This document shows, piece after piece, positions 27,515-41,392 of a stretch of DNA of 64,000 nt. Each line of letters opens with the position of its first letter. The first letter of the stretch is position 1. Position numbers and translations under genes: made by a program. The DNA is from Lytechinus pictus (lineage: Eukaryota), in the NCBI RefSeq assembly GCF_037042905.1, contig NC_087245.1, positions 26,414,001 to 26,478,000 of the forward strand, read 5' to 3'. The notes under the pieces were generated by a model. That model saw nothing but the letters and a program-made list of their open reading frames with translations, searched no databases and was not told the origin of the DNA.

Positions 27515-29110
27515 TAGCCTAATGGACCATCAGAAACCATTAGAGCTATTGGAGTCTAATGGTTTATGAAATATGGGACCCACAGAACCATTAGAAAATA
27601 TCTATTGGACCAACAACCACCTTCAGAAAAATGCTGTTGGACGAAAAGAAAACATCTAATGGACCCATAGCATAAATCTAATGGACCAATAGGAAATTTC
27701 TATTGGACCTGCAAAAAAAATTGATTAGACCCACAGGAAACTTCTAATTGACCCATAGAAATCTTCTATTGGACCAACAGAAAACTTCTATTGGACCATC
27801 AAAAATATTCTATTAGACCCACAGGAAACTTTTATGGGACCCACAGAAATCTGCTATTGGACCAATAGGAAACCTGTATTGGACCATCAAAAAAATTATA
27901 TTAGACCCACAGGAAACTTCTATTTGACCAACAGAAAATTCTATTGGACCATTAAAAATATTCTATCAGACCCACAGGAAACTTCTATTGGACCAACACA
28001 ATAATTCTATAGGACCAACAGAAAACCTCTATTGGACCATCAGAAATATTCTATTAGACCCACAGGAAACTTCTATTGGACCGACAAAATAATTCTATTG
28101 GACCAACAGAAAACCTCTATTGGACCATCAAAAATATTCTATTAGACCCACAGGAAACTTCAATTGGACCAACAGAATAATTCTGTGGGACCAACAGAAA
28201 ATTCTATTGGACCATTAAAAATATTCTATTAGACCCACAGGAAACTTCTATTGGACCAACAGAATAACTCTATAGGACCAACAGAAAACCTCTACTGGAC
28301 CATCAAAAATATTCTGAGACCCACAGGAAACTTCTATTGGACCGACAGAATAATTACATAGGACCAACAGAAAACCTCTATTGGACCATCAGAAATATTC
28401 TATTGGACCCACAGGAAACTTCTATTAGACCCACAGGAAACTTCTATTGGACCAACAGAATAATTCTGTGGGACCAACAGAAAATTCTATTGGACCATTA
28501 AAAATATTCTATTAGACCCACAGGAAACTTCTATTGGACCAACAGAATAACTCTATAGGACCAACAGAAAACCTCTACTGGACCATCAAAAATATTCTAT
28601 GAGACCCACAGGAAACTTCTATTGGACCGACAGAATAATTACATAGGACCAACAGAAATATTCTATTAGACCCACAGGAAACTTCTATTGGACCGACAAA
28701 AAATTTCTATTGGACCAACAGAAAACCTCTATTGGACCATCAGAAATATTCTATTAGACCCACAGGAAACTTCTATTGGACCAACAGAATAATTCTGTGG
28801 GACCAACAGAAAATTCTATTGGACCATTAAAAATATTCTATTAGACCCACAGGAAACTTCTATTGGACCAACAGAATAATTCTGTAGGACCAACAGAAAA
28901 CCTCTATTGGACCATCAGAAATATTCTATTAGACCCACAGGAAACTTCTATTGGACCGACAGAATAATCATATAGGACCAACAGAAAACCTATATTGGAC
29001 CATCAGAAATATTCTATTAGACCCACAGGAAACTTCTATTGGACCAACAGAAAACCTCTATTGGACCATCAAAAATAATCTATTAGACCCACAGGAAATT
29101 TCTGTTGGAA
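27515..29110. repeat. Left subterminal array: ~22-bp units (CTATTGGACCAACAGAAAA...) in an ~88-bp higher-order repeat
   Basis: About 70 units. The variant CTATTAGACCCACAGGAAACTT recurs every four units (e.g. 28051 and 28139). Confidence 0.95.
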
Positions 29111-32100
29111 TAACAAAATAATAGAATACAGATTCTACAATCAACTCGTATCATAACAAGGTGCTTGAGACCAAGCTGATTATCTTCTTATTCTCATTAT
29201 AAACTTTAGACACATGTTTAAAATTGGTTCCAGAAGAATTTGCTTGTTATATTGAAATCTCGTTATACATCCCTGCCTATTATATCAGGAGTAGATTTGA
29301 TTCAGTCAGAACCAACAACTTGGCAGTGTTACTACAGAATAAAGGTTTGAAATATCAAATGTAATCAACTTGTTGTGTTTTATTCATTATGAACAATAAT
29401 ACTGTAGAATTACATCAAGGTGAGCTCTGTTAAAACATATAAGAGCATTTTATGTTGGTTTGAATTTATTCAGACATATTTCGTTGACACTATTTTTCTA
29501 TGTACATGAACATGGTCTTATTGCCTTTATTCCTTTTTTTTTCCTACACTGCTTAATGTTCTGCAAATGTTTGTGGTGTGAGCACATGATTTTTGCTGTA
29601 GATCAAATACATGTACATAGAAAAATAGACTGTCAACAAATACCGACATAATGATGAGAAGTTATTAATCTAAGGCATTTGCCGCAATAAACCTGATCAG
29701 TCTTCTCCAAATTCTGTGCAACTGAACTAAACAAAACTAGTAGATGTCTAATACATCAACAAGCAAATAGATTATCACATCCCCCAATGAACATGACAAT
29801 AAGGTTCAATGAAAATCAAACAGAATACATCTGTATTCATACATGTACATATCACTGGCAGTACATCACAAAAATATGTTATCTCTTGTATTATATACAT
29901 CTATTCTAATAATGTTACATGTACATTATAAACCTGTGAAACTCAACTACTGGTACTGGTAAACATGCAAATAGACCATCAATTCCACAACCAAAATCAT
30001 ATCCACTAAATATAACAAGGTTTTTCCATAAAATCAAGGTGAATACATCTGCACTCCTAACTTCAACATTACACATAGATGGCAAGCTCATGTATTGTAC
30101 TATCATTAATATCACAAAAATGTTTCGTTTGTAAAATATCTGTTCTATAACTTATACATGTATCTTCCATCTGTACAACTCAACTAAACAAAACTAGTAG
30201 ATGTAGGCCTATAATTATAACCAACGTGTAAATAGACTAGCAAATCCTAAGCTGATGTAATATCCAACAAATAAAACAAGTGTTTGATGGAAATCAAGGT
30301 GAATACATCTGCACCAAATAACTACGTTGTTGGATAAATACATACATGAAATGGCAAGGTCATATATTTTACTGGCAAACATTTGTTTTCTCTTGTAATA
30401 TGTATATCTGTTCTAATACGTTTCCATATAAAGCTATAAATCTAAGCAACTCAAGTAAACAAAACTATACAAAATCATCAATACAGGTATATAAAAAGAA
30501 TACATAATCATCTACTTGTACCCATTTTAAACTCTAATGCATATCCATACATGGAAAAAAAATGTGAAAAGAAAATGCTATAAAAAAATATGGTGACCAT
30601 GCATTAATTAATGCAGGAGATTCAAGGATCGAAATGAAAAGAATGCACTTGTTCTTTACTAATCCCCTACTGATTAACATTGCATATGTGGATGGCAAGT
30701 ATTTTTAAGCTACTAAACAGATAATTGTCCCTTTTACTTGTGGTAACAAGTGGTCTTAATTGTACATTATAAATCTGCACTGTAACCAAAGTAAACACCA
30801 ATATTCTAAAACGCCAATGCAGACTAGACCGCATTAACGGCTTTCTCAGCCCAAATTAGGTTTCGATAAAATTATATGACTGAATTACCCGTGAATATTA
30901 TATGTCATAGCATATAAAGTGAATGAAATTGAAGTGAACTTTGGCAAGTCATACAATATTTAAGTTGTTTAATTGGCAAACATTCACAAGATTTTTTCTG
31001 TTTGGAACATAAATGATACACTTTGATAGAGATGTTTTGCTACTGATTTAAGAGAGGAAGTTCATCATGGAAATTAGTGTTTCAAAAGGCAGAAAAACAG
31101 AAGGTGAATATGAATGACAACGGAAAGAAAATCCACCCCAAAAAAATGTAGTTATGAGAGTTAAACCATGGAGCTAAAAGGGAGATGATATCTAAATTAC
31201 GCTGATATATATGCATCTGTGAGACAAAGCAATTCTTTCAAGAAAAAAACCCAAATTATGGCATTTACATGCATAGGATATGGGAGAGCAGCTCATAAAT
31301 GATGTATCAAAATCCACATGTTGAATATTCATAACCTTGTTTTTCAGTAGATTTTCAAGCCTCATTCATATTTTTCTTAAACCAATCAAACTTCCCCTTT
31401 AAATAACTGTGGTGTAAACTATTGAGGTAAAACAGGCTAAAACAGCATTCCGTATATCTGATTCACATTTTATACAATCACGAAAGATGAGGTAGCCGTA
31501 TGCTTGTTTTTGTTGTAGTTAAGTAAAATAAGTACCGTAATGTAAAATACTTTGAATGGCAGACTTCGCGAGTTTTTAATAGATTGCACTGATTGTAAAT
31601 GTTATTTGGCAGCAACTGAAATATAAAACTAAAGTATACATACATATATAGTTTCAAAATAAATAACAGGTTTTAACACATGTATGTCTTCACATCATAC
31701 AAGTACTGAAAGGGCAAATACAGCTGCATACACGTACACCAATATCAATAACACATGTAGTCATGTGTTATAAATTGCATTTTTTTTTTTTTTTTTTAGC
31801 TTTTAAAGTTTAAACCATGTTTTATTATCTATTTTTAAATTACAGATATCACATTTTTTTTCATTAGAGGTTGGCTACCGGTATAAAATTATAATACACC
31901 AAATAGATTGAGGTGACATCCCATTCAATTTTGACACGTTCTATATCCAAATGAACAATATGACAGCCAGGGTTCTGAAAAAAAATTGATCTACACATGT
32001 AATCATGGTAAATGAATTCAATGAGAGTGATATCATATAAAATATTAATGTAATGAAATTTAGTATAGCTTTAACACAAGAGGCAAGGACCCCCTGTACA

Positions 32101-33210
32101 TTTGTATCCATATATTCTAGATACCTCTATTTGTGCAGCAAGCTTTCATGGCAGAGTAAAACTAAGGCACTTTTTTATATGAATTTAAAAATGTTTAGAG
32201 CATCATGTAGAGTGCAGCTCCAAAAACCTCCATGCTGCATGCAACAATAATTTCTCAAAGACTTGTGTAATGTATTGCAACATACATACAGCCTATACAG
32301 GTACCCTATACTATGCTCAAAACTTTATAAATTTGATATCACAAGGTGCTTAATAGTAATCTGCCTACATGTAGGTTCCTTTGAAATTGCATAGACCTGT
32401 GACATAATCTCAAAAATTGGAGACTAATACAATTTATATGAAAAATGCATACATGGAATATTAATGCCTTTCCAAATTTTTATACATGTACATAATGATA
32501 AGCTCCAGGGAGTAGTTTTTCTTACAGAATTTGATAAGTATTTGTGGCCATACGAGAAAAGCTCTCAACTAAGTTCCCTACAGTCCCTATGTAAAAATTT
32601 GCTACCCCAAAGACGTTATGTGTAGCAGTCATCTAAAAAATGTGGAGCAAAATGTGATGCAATACCAGGAAAACTTCCCTGAGCTATGTAATATATTTTT
32701 GTGTAAGATTCAATGTTAATTATATTAAAATTTAATGAAATATTATAACTATCAAACCGTATAACAAGCTGGGTGACGGTTACACTGATTGTTAATCACT
32801 GATTCTGTTTTATTTTCAAAATGAAATATAGAGCTATTTGCTGGGACCCTCTGTCATTTAATATTGATTATTATTGATATTTACTTATTCTATTACTATT
32901 TTTTTATTATTATCATGCACAATTATATTGATTTATAGCACTAATTATAAAGTTGTATATTTTATCTTGATCTTTCAATATTAATCTTTGAAATATTATA
33001 TTTTTAGACTTACCAAAACTAAAGCCCAGCTTTCACTATAAAATATCACTGAAATATTTATTGAGAAAATGATATGATTTATAGGTGGGTTCAAGATAGA
33101 AATAAGTTGGACTATCCAATTCAATAAGTTCTAATATTTAAAAAAAATATCCTCCCTCAGTGAAAGTGGTCCCCTCTCAATGTTAGATCCATCTGCCAAA
33201 ACATACAGTC

Positions 33211-33326
33211 TTAATACTTTCGAATGTCAGATATCTTCTCTCTGATGTAGCCATTGAACTTCCCAAGCTCTTTCTTGTATTGTTCGGGACTTAGCAGCTG
33301 CTTCTCTAAATGGTAGGCGAAAAAGT
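33211..33326 (-). CDS. BEND5-like protein exon 6 (end of BEN domain, stop)
   Basis: TTAG acceptor. DFFAYHLEKQLLSPEQYKKELGKFNGYIREKISDIRKY* resembles the last BEN helix (BEND5 VNKYICEKIMDINK as recalled). Confidence 0.82.
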
Positions 33327-33409
33327 CTAATACAGATATTGCAGTAAAGAAAAGACAAAAGAAAAGGGGGTTAGCAAAAACAAAGTTGTTATAGGAAAGA
33401 ATCTGCTGC

Positions 33410-34786
33410 ACAAAATTTTTTGACCATGCCACTCACAGAGTTTATACTTTATAAGTCTCGCGCATCTTTCTAGACCAAATTTACGACGCCTGGGTACGCG
33501 GTTCCAAAATCACGCAACATTTTGTAAGTGCATGTCAGAACAAAAATTGTTCCAAAACATGGTTTTGTGTACAAAGTCAATGCAAATTGAGTTTTCTCAT
33601 CTTATTCATAAAGATATGATTATTTTTACTTTAAGCAGCTGAAATAAATTGATTTTAGCATAATTATGCTTCAAAAAGGTTGTGCAATAAATCTGGTGAA
33701 AAGACAAAGAAAAACAAAAGGTTGAAAAACATAGAAATACATAAAACAATAAAATACATAAGAAATGATTTCCAAACTGAAGTTTTTTCTGTGGCTGGGG
33801 GGGGGGGTTGATTCAACCCCCCCTGAGATCTCGGCCGCCGATCGCGCGAGCGCCGCAAAAATTTGCTCGCTGGTAGTGTGCGATGTAATCTACAAGGCTG
33901 TATGGTAAAATTTTCCCAAATAATGAGATTTTATTTTATATGAATTAATTATGCTAATTTATGCATAAATCATACTTTTTGCTCTAATTCACTAAATAAA
34001 GCTCCTAGAATGCTAATTTTTGGTAAATATATTCTTTGTAGCATTCCTAACAATGGCAATTGAAAAAAACTTCGGTTTGGAAATCAATTTCTTATGTATT
34101 CTATTGTTTTATGAATTTCTTATGTATTTCTTTGTTTTTCAACCTTTTGTTTTTCTTTGTTTTTTTCACCAGATTTATTGCACAACCTTTTTGAAGCATA
34201 ATTATGCTAAAATCAATTGCTTTCAGCTGTTTAAAGTAAAAATAATCATGTCTTCATGAATAAGAGGAGAAAACTCAATTTGCATTGACTTTGTACACAA
34301 AATCACGTTTTGGAACAATTTTGGGTTTGACATGCACTTACAAAATGTCGCGTAATTTCGGAACCACGTACCCGGGCGTCGTAAATTTGGTCACAAAAGA
34401 TGCGCGAGACTTAAAAGTATCAACTCTGCGAGTGGCGCGGTCAAAAAATTTCGCGCGGCGGAATGATCGCAGAAAATGTGGAGGGGGGGGGGGGTTGATT
34501 CAACCCATCCGGCCATTTTAGGGTTAAGAATGCTACAATTAATATTTTACCAAAAATTAGCATTCTAGGAGCTTTATTTAGTGAATTAGAGCAAAAAGTA
34601 TGATTTATGCATAAAATAGCATAATTAATTCATATAAAATAAAATCTCATTATTTTGAAAAATTTTACCACACAGCCTTGTAGATTACATCGCACACGAG
34701 ATCTCAGGGGGAGGGGTGTGTCAACCCCCCCCCCCCACTCCCCCGGCCACAGAACAGCCAAAAAAGTCCGGCCTTGTTAGGGTTAA
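33410..34786. mobile_element. Two nested, oppositely oriented copies of a piggyBac-like MITE
   Basis: AGGG|TTAA ends at ~34527 and ~34786. 33415-33790 is the inverse of 34065-34450, and 33880-34050 is the inverse of 34524-34695. Confidence 0.65.
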
Positions 34787-34908
34787 TGAATTTGAAAAAT
34801 GCACATAAATTAGCATATTGAATGAGTTTCAAAATTCTGTTAAAGTTTTGAATTCCCTTGTGCAAAGAAAACAGAACTTTAAGTGCGAAGTGCGAAGAAG
34901 AACTTTAA

Positions 34909-35492
34909 AGGAGAATGAAACTCTTGGAGCAAGTTGGCTTTTGTGAAAGCAGAAAAATCAAAGAATAAGATCAACAAAAGTTTGAGTAAAATAGGACTAG
35001 CAATAGAAGAGTTATGAGCATTTGAATGTCGAGATCACTAATGCTATGGAGATCCTCCCATTGGCAATGCGACCAAGATCTATGATGTCACAGATGAACA
35101 ACTCTCCCCTTTTGGACACTGAAAATATACCCCAAAACATCTCTTTTTGCTCATTCTAATCATATGGCAAACGATTCATCAATGATATAATGTTGTGAAA
35201 CCTCTGTACTTGTCCTCTCATAATGAGAACACCTCACCTTGTGATAGACACTATAAAAGTGAGAATATAAGTGAAATAAGTACTAAAGTAATGAGGGAGT
35301 TGTACGTGTGTGACATCACAGATCTTGGTCGCATTGCCAATGGGAGGATCTACATGGCATTAGTGATCTCAATATTCAAATGCTCATAACTTTCTTTTTA
35401 TTCATTCAATCTTCCTCAAAATTTCAACAATATGTTTCTTTGATTTTTCTCTTTGATATGGATTCAGCTGGTTTCAAGGGTTTCATTCTCCT
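34909..35492. mobile_element. TTAA-flanked MITE (Kolobok-like), family B
   Basis: TTAA|AGGAGAATGAAAC...GTTTCATTCTCCT|TTAA with ~185-bp imperfect inverted arms. Confidence 0.8.
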
Positions 35493-35602
35493 TTAAGTGC
35501 GAAGAGGAAGCATTTTAAAATTGTGGACGAACGACAGATGCCATGGACTACGCTTATCTGAAAAATTAAACAAAAGGAAAGAGAAAATTTAAATTTTGTT
35601 AC

Positions 35603-35816
35603 CTTTAACTGCCTGCAGCTTTCCTGAATCAAGTGCAGGCCGTACTGCATGGTCCTTGTATCTGTTACACGTCTGTCCAGTTACAGAACTTTCTCTTAAA
35701 AGAGCAGTTCCAAAGACTGCAACTGCAAGGTTTTTAACCATTAGGCTATTTTTAACCTGCCCAGTTATAGCCTCCATTTTGTCTGCAGGTATGATTATTC
35801 CTGCTCCTAAGGACAC
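35603..35816 (-). CDS. BEND5-like protein exon 5 (BEN domain core)
   Basis: VSLGAGIIIPADKMEAITGQVKNSLMVKNLAVAVFGTALLRESSVTGQTCNRYKDHAVRPALDSGKLQAVK shows the BEN signature (L..vFG...L...S.TG.....rp.Ld..kl). CTAG acceptor, GTAACA donor. Confidence 0.9.
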
Positions 35817-37170
35817 CTAGAAATGAGAATGAACATACAGCAGGAGTTACCTTGATTGCAAACAAATAATAAATTTAATACCTATCATTGTTACTTGATT
35901 TTAAATTCATTATAAGCCTATCCCACTTTTAATTATTTTTTACATGAAAGATTGCTCCAACCCTCATATCTGAATATGCCATGTGTAGTTAGGTCATTAT
36001 TATCAAAGACATGATAACTTTTGTAATAAAAGCTTGCATGTTACACTTTACACATGAGCTTGACGCCAACATAGGCAGTCAGTAGACAGGTCCCCAAAAA
36101 GTAGCTTCTTTCATCCACGTGATATTCATGACTAACAAGATTTTTAGTATAACTTGCCCATTGCTGCTCTGAATATTTATCAAATTTCATGTTTCTGGTA
36201 TCTTTGTAAAGAGGAAGAATTATTCTTTCAGATGATTTGTTTGAATTTATTCAAAAAAATGTAATGTAAGTGAAATTTCAATCTAAAACATACCGGTAGT
36301 CAAAAATAATTATTTTCATCAAGTTGTTGTTTTAACACTTCATTTCTGTTCAAGCCCAAATGATATTTAAACGATGACAAAGCTGATGATCTAAGCTTTA
36401 ATATGATATATGATTCAAAAGAAGATTTGGTTTAATTGGGTCAAAATCACACTTTTCATAGGCCAAACATGTACAGAAGCTTGAAAACAAGAATACTTCA
36501 CTCTTATGGCCAAAGATACCATGTACCCGCTCAAATTCCAAAGGTTTCAATGCTGGGGCCTATCCAAGGTCACACTCTCAATGTGGTAAATGTAATCTCC
36601 TTAAATTACATGCACCAATTGTTTTGAAACCTTATTCAGCCAATCAGAACTCTGGATTTCCTGCTACTCTCAAATGTCAGAAATCTTGTCTTGTATCTTG
36701 ATGGAAAATTGTGATCTTGACCCAATTAAAAGGTCCCACATATCGAGAGTGATATTGTGAGAAAGTACAGAATCTCGGCTTTGTGATGATATAAATATCA
36801 TTGAGGCTCAAAATAAAAAGTTTTGCACCATTTGCAAAAGAAAACAGGGAGAGAAAATTCAATTTTGAGACATCTTTTCAGACCTAAAATTCACTTATCA
36901 AAATAGTTTAGACAAAATAAATTACCGATATAAAAGAGTAACATCTACACTTTCTAATGGTACAATACTATCTAATTTTTCTTGGTGATAAAGTGGTTAA
37001 ATTCTTAGAAAGAAAATCTCGCAATTCATGAGATTTTGTAGGGAGGACTCAGCCACGAGAGGATCTGGCCTATTTGCTCATCACAGGAAACCGCAGCCTG
37101 ACTGTAGGTAAAAGCCACATTTCACCAAGACATTAAGTCGCTCATTACTACAGTGTACATTAAAACTTAC

Positions 37171-37355
37171 TTGACCATCATCAGGCACATATTTATCTTC
37201 GAGAACTGTTGGTGTTGGTAGTTGTTCGGCTGGTGGGGGGGTCTGGATTGGTGTGGGTCTAGGTTGCGGAGCCTTGAAAAGGGGCGTAGTGTGTTGTACA
37301 GAAGTGCTGGAGGGGGGCTGTGTGCGTGCCTTCACAGTTGGTATCAAGGGTCCCA
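37171..37355 (-). CDS. BEND5-like protein exon 4 (Pro/Thr linker)
   Basis: Ends PTPTVLEDKYVPDDGQ (BEND5 PAPVMDKYILDNGK as recalled) followed by a GTAAGT donor. Phase 1-0. Confidence 0.8.
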
Positions 37356-38130
37356 CTTAAAATAAATGACAAAGAATATTCACAGAAATTAAAGTTATAA
37401 TACTAGCAAAATTAGGAAACAATATTTTTACACACTTCAAATTTATTGACCCGATATTTTCTATCTTTCCGTGTATCAGTACAAATGTGCTACAAAAACT
37501 AAAACATAAAGATGAAAAGAGCAGAGAAGAAAAAAATTGAATTAAAAGAGCTTTAATACTTTTGTACACAGGAGAGCTAAAATACAGAGTATTAAGCTGA
37601 CCCCCCCCCCCCAGAAAATCAAAACCCCCAAAAGCTGAACTCTCACATAGTCAATTTGGATCATTCCTTAAACTAAATCATAACATGAAAAAATATGTTT
37701 AGACATTCAGGATGTGACTTCGACATCTGAAAATTAAGGGGATGAGGAAAAGGGAATTTTGTTTAATTTTCTGTTCATTTCGGATTTACTTTCAAAATTT
37801 TACTAAAAATTGAGCAATGAAACATCTACATTGTATATGTGGTTTGACTCACTTTGACACAATAAAAAAATTAAAACGTTGAGATTATCATAGTTGCTCT
37901 AATCTGAATACAAAAATGGTAATAAATTCAATAAAAACATGAAGGGGTAACAATATATTGACCTTTCCTCAGTTTAAACTGCTGGGTTGCAATAATTGGC
38001 TGCGCTTAAAACACATTTGACTTATGAAGTACTAGTAATAAAAACTTGCAAACAATTGCGGAAATATGATTGACCTAAATTAGAGTTAGAGACATTTCAA
38101 CATTCATACTTTTTTTTAAAACCTGAATAC

Positions 38131-38413
38131 CTTTGTTTAGAATTTCTTCTTGAAGCCTCCGATTCAGGGTCCTCAGTTCCTCCAATTCTTGGGCGATAGT
38201 TCTCTTTTCTTTTTCTAGTTCTGCAACTTTTTTTTTCAAGGACATGCAGTTACCACAGTTGGAAGCACTGGCAGACACACCAGTGTTTGGGGTTGTTTCT
38301 TTCTTGGGTGCATCGGTACAAGGGAAAAATGTCTTGCGTTTCACCATCTTTTCTTGCAGGATACTGTCCAGGGCTGTTTTTTTGGCTGTAGAAATGTGGG
38401 CGTTGGTGGCTTT
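38131..38413 (-). CDS. BEND5-like protein exon 3 (CxxC and coiled coil)
   Basis: KATNAHISTAKKTALDSILQEKM...CGNCMSLKKKVAELEKEKRTIAQELEELRTLNRRLQEEILNK (BEND5 MKELRDLNRRLQDVLL as recalled). AG/GT boundaries, phase 0-1. Confidence 0.82.
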
Positions 38414-39212
38414 CTACATGTACAGGTGTAGATGAATTAAAAAAAAAAGAAAAATGTCAAATCAGGTACTATTGAATAATTTCTGCATTCAACCTTCAAC
38501 TATTCTATATGACATCGCAACCATTATAAACCAAAAACATTTGTTAAATGAAAATTTTGCAAATTAGTGTCGGCCTTTGTGGAGGCATTGAACTCACAAA
38601 ACAGTGATAATATGCACATTCTAGTCGGTATGCAAATGAGGGGACTGCTGACATCACTCACTCACTATTTCTTTTGTATTTCATTATACATGTATGAAAT
38701 ATTTATAATTTTCTTGTCATTGGCATGTGAAACAAAGCTTTATTCCTTCCTGAAAATTGGGAATCACCATTGTTTTAACAATGTGTGGTTCAATCATGAG
38801 GGTTTTTATTGTCAAATCTGTAAAAATTGAAATATTGTATAATTATTTCAAACAATAATAAACAAAGTAGAAAGTGAGGTACATCATTGACTCTCTCATT
38901 TGCGTATATCTTAGAATTGTGCAAATGGCCGTTTTATGAAAAACAAGAGAAACTTTCTCATTTTACATCAGATTTTGATGAAATTTTCAGCATTATTCGA
39001 TTTTTCTTTGTTGATTCAAAGTATAAACTATTTTCTGGGGTGGACTGAACATTTCTCCAAAGCTTGCATCCAGTTGAGAATTGTAAGTTAACTTTGGTAA
39101 AAACTGAGATGGGTGTAGTGTGAATTCACATTATTAGAATTCAAATTGTTGTTGTGACAAACATACTTCATCAACATATCTGCAAGGATATTCTATTTTC
39201 TGCATTCCTTAC

Positions 39213-39364
39213 CTTGGCAACTTTTTCTTCAGCGAACTTTTGTTTCAGGGATAGTGGCACAGACTCCTCCTCATCACTTGCCTCCTCCACACTTGACTCA
39301 ACAAGCTTTCGGACCCTGATTCTTGGCCCATTCTGTATTCGTTCCTCCAGCTTTTCCTTTGTCT
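39213..39364 (-). CDS. BEND5-like protein exon 2 (absent from ORF track)
   Basis: CTCAG acceptor, GTAAGG donor. Encodes ETKEKLEERIQNGPRIRVRKLVESSVEEASDEEESVPLSLKQKFAEEKVAK. Phase 1-0. Confidence 0.8.
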
Positions 39365-40006
39365 CTGAGGATAGATTTATTAAAGGAAGAAAATAATATT
39401 CAGATTGCGATGAGATGCAGTTTGACAGGCCAGGGGCGGTATTCTGAAAGCGCTAAATTAACTGCAATATTTGGTGAGCTGAATTCTCAATTAGAGTAGG
39501 CTTAAATACATGTACATGTAGATCTCTAAGTCTTGTGCAACAGATTTAAATTATACTCCTGAGTCCTGACCCTTATCATCAGATCATACTAATAAAAAAA
39601 AAGTTTTGAACACAAACATGCTTCAGCTCTGACAATTAAATTAGCAGGGACAAATGTGGCCAAGACTGGAGTCTCACATTTTAAAACAAATCTAGTTTTG
39701 TCCGCAGCCAGCTTAACTTTCTACGGCATCTGGTGTTTTATTACAAAACTCATTCCAGGTTACATGAGCTGTGCCTGTACTGTGATATGGTGCATTTCAA
39801 GAGAGCCATATTGCCAGTGCCGCTACATCCAAAAGTCATGAAAGACACCACAATATGTTGGCCAATTGTGTTTATTCTTTGTTCTAGTCAGACAAGTGCG
39901 CACATCATGTCTCTCAAGCTGAAAAGTGGATCATATGATACAACTATTTTCGTGATCAATGCTGCATTTAATTTGGAGTGCGCAAATTTTTTTTGAGATT
40001 TTGCTG

Positions 40007-40938
40007 CTACACGGAGTCTAGACCAAAAGCTTCGGTCTGTTATGTTGGTTGTTCAGCTGAACTCCGTTGGCTTCACTCACCAAATACAGAGACCGAAGTT
40101 CTAGCGCGATCTGTACAGGGGACTCAATGGCCATATGTTTATGTGTATTTATTAAGTTCGGATAAAACAGGGCAGTGAAGTTGCGCGACAGCCGAGGTTA
40201 GTCACTGTTTTTTTATCCTTTTAACTTGATTTTCCCCTTTTTTGGCAATTAATGCCAAGAGGGAATATTAAATTAATTTGCATTTCGGTCGCGTTAATTT
40301 TCAAAAGTTTGATTCATTAAAGACAAAAATTGAAGAGCCCCGACAGGGGGATTTTGCATTGTAAGTCCCGTATTGGTGGCTGCACAATAGCGAGTCGTCT
40401 GTGTATGAGGAGAAATTTAAAAAATAAAAAAATGTTAGAAAACTCCTCGAAACATACGGCTGCCAGCTGTCTACACGGAGTCATAAAATGTTAGACCAAA
40501 AGCTTCGGTCTCTGTTATGTTGGTTGTTCAGCTGAACTCCGTTGGCTTCACTCACCAAATACAGAGACCGAAGTTCTAGCGCGATCTGTACAGGGGACTC
40601 AATGGCCATATGTTTATGTACTTAAGATCGGATAAAACGGGGAAGTGAATTTGCGCGACAGCCGAGGTAAGTCACTGTTTTTGTTTCTTTTAACTTGATT
40701 TTTCTCAGTTTTTTGGCAATTGATGCCAAGAGGGAATATTAATTTGCATTTTGGTCGCGTGAATTTTCAAAATTTTTACTCATTAAAGACAAAAATTGAA
40801 GAGCCCCGACGGGGGGATTTTGCATTGCAAGTCCCCTAATGGTGGCTGCACGCTAGCGAGCCGTCTGTGTATGAGGAGAAATTAAAAAAAAATAAAATGT
40901 TAAAAAACTCCTCGAAACAGACGGCTGCCAGCTGTCTA
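40007..40938. repeat. Tandem duplication of a ~470-bp unit in intron 1 of the BEND5-like gene
   Basis: AGACCAAAAGCTTCGGTC at 40020 and 40493. Both copies end GGCTGCCAGCTGTCTA (40473 and 40938). Confidence 0.9.
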
Positions 40939-41187
40939 TAAAATGTAGGCCCCTAACTGTTATACTGACTTTTTTTTTTACTGTACTACTACTATGTAGA
41001 TCAATGATCTAGAGTCTATTTCTACAATGATCTATATATCATAATCATATAGTATAGGCCCTATAATATATGGCAAGTTCCCCCAACGGCCCAAGCATGC
41101 CAAGTCCATGAAGAAGTCTGCGCAGTCTTAAAATTAAAAGAAAAAGTTAAAACAAAAAGTCTTAATTTTGTTGTGAGTTTGGCCTAC

Positions 41188-41392
41188 CTTCCAGCAGTAG
41201 AATCTGAGCCCTGTAGTAGTCAAATTCTTTGCCCTCCTCGTTGTCTAAATCCATGGGTTCGACCCCATCTTTGTTCTTGCTACTAACTCCTACATGTAGG
41301 GTCCTCTTCAGTTTCTTTGTCGATGTTTTCTGTGAGGTGTCGCCGCGCTCGACGACCTTCTTCGCCGGCTGCCTCCAAAGCACATAATACAC
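41188..41392 (-). pseudogene. BEND5-like exon 1, 3' part (separated from its start by a foldback insertion)
   Basis: VYYVLWRQPAKK...EFDYYRAQILLLE followed by a GTAGGC donor. It joins in frame to 47767-47877 when 41402-47766 and one TSD copy are removed. Confidence 0.82.
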
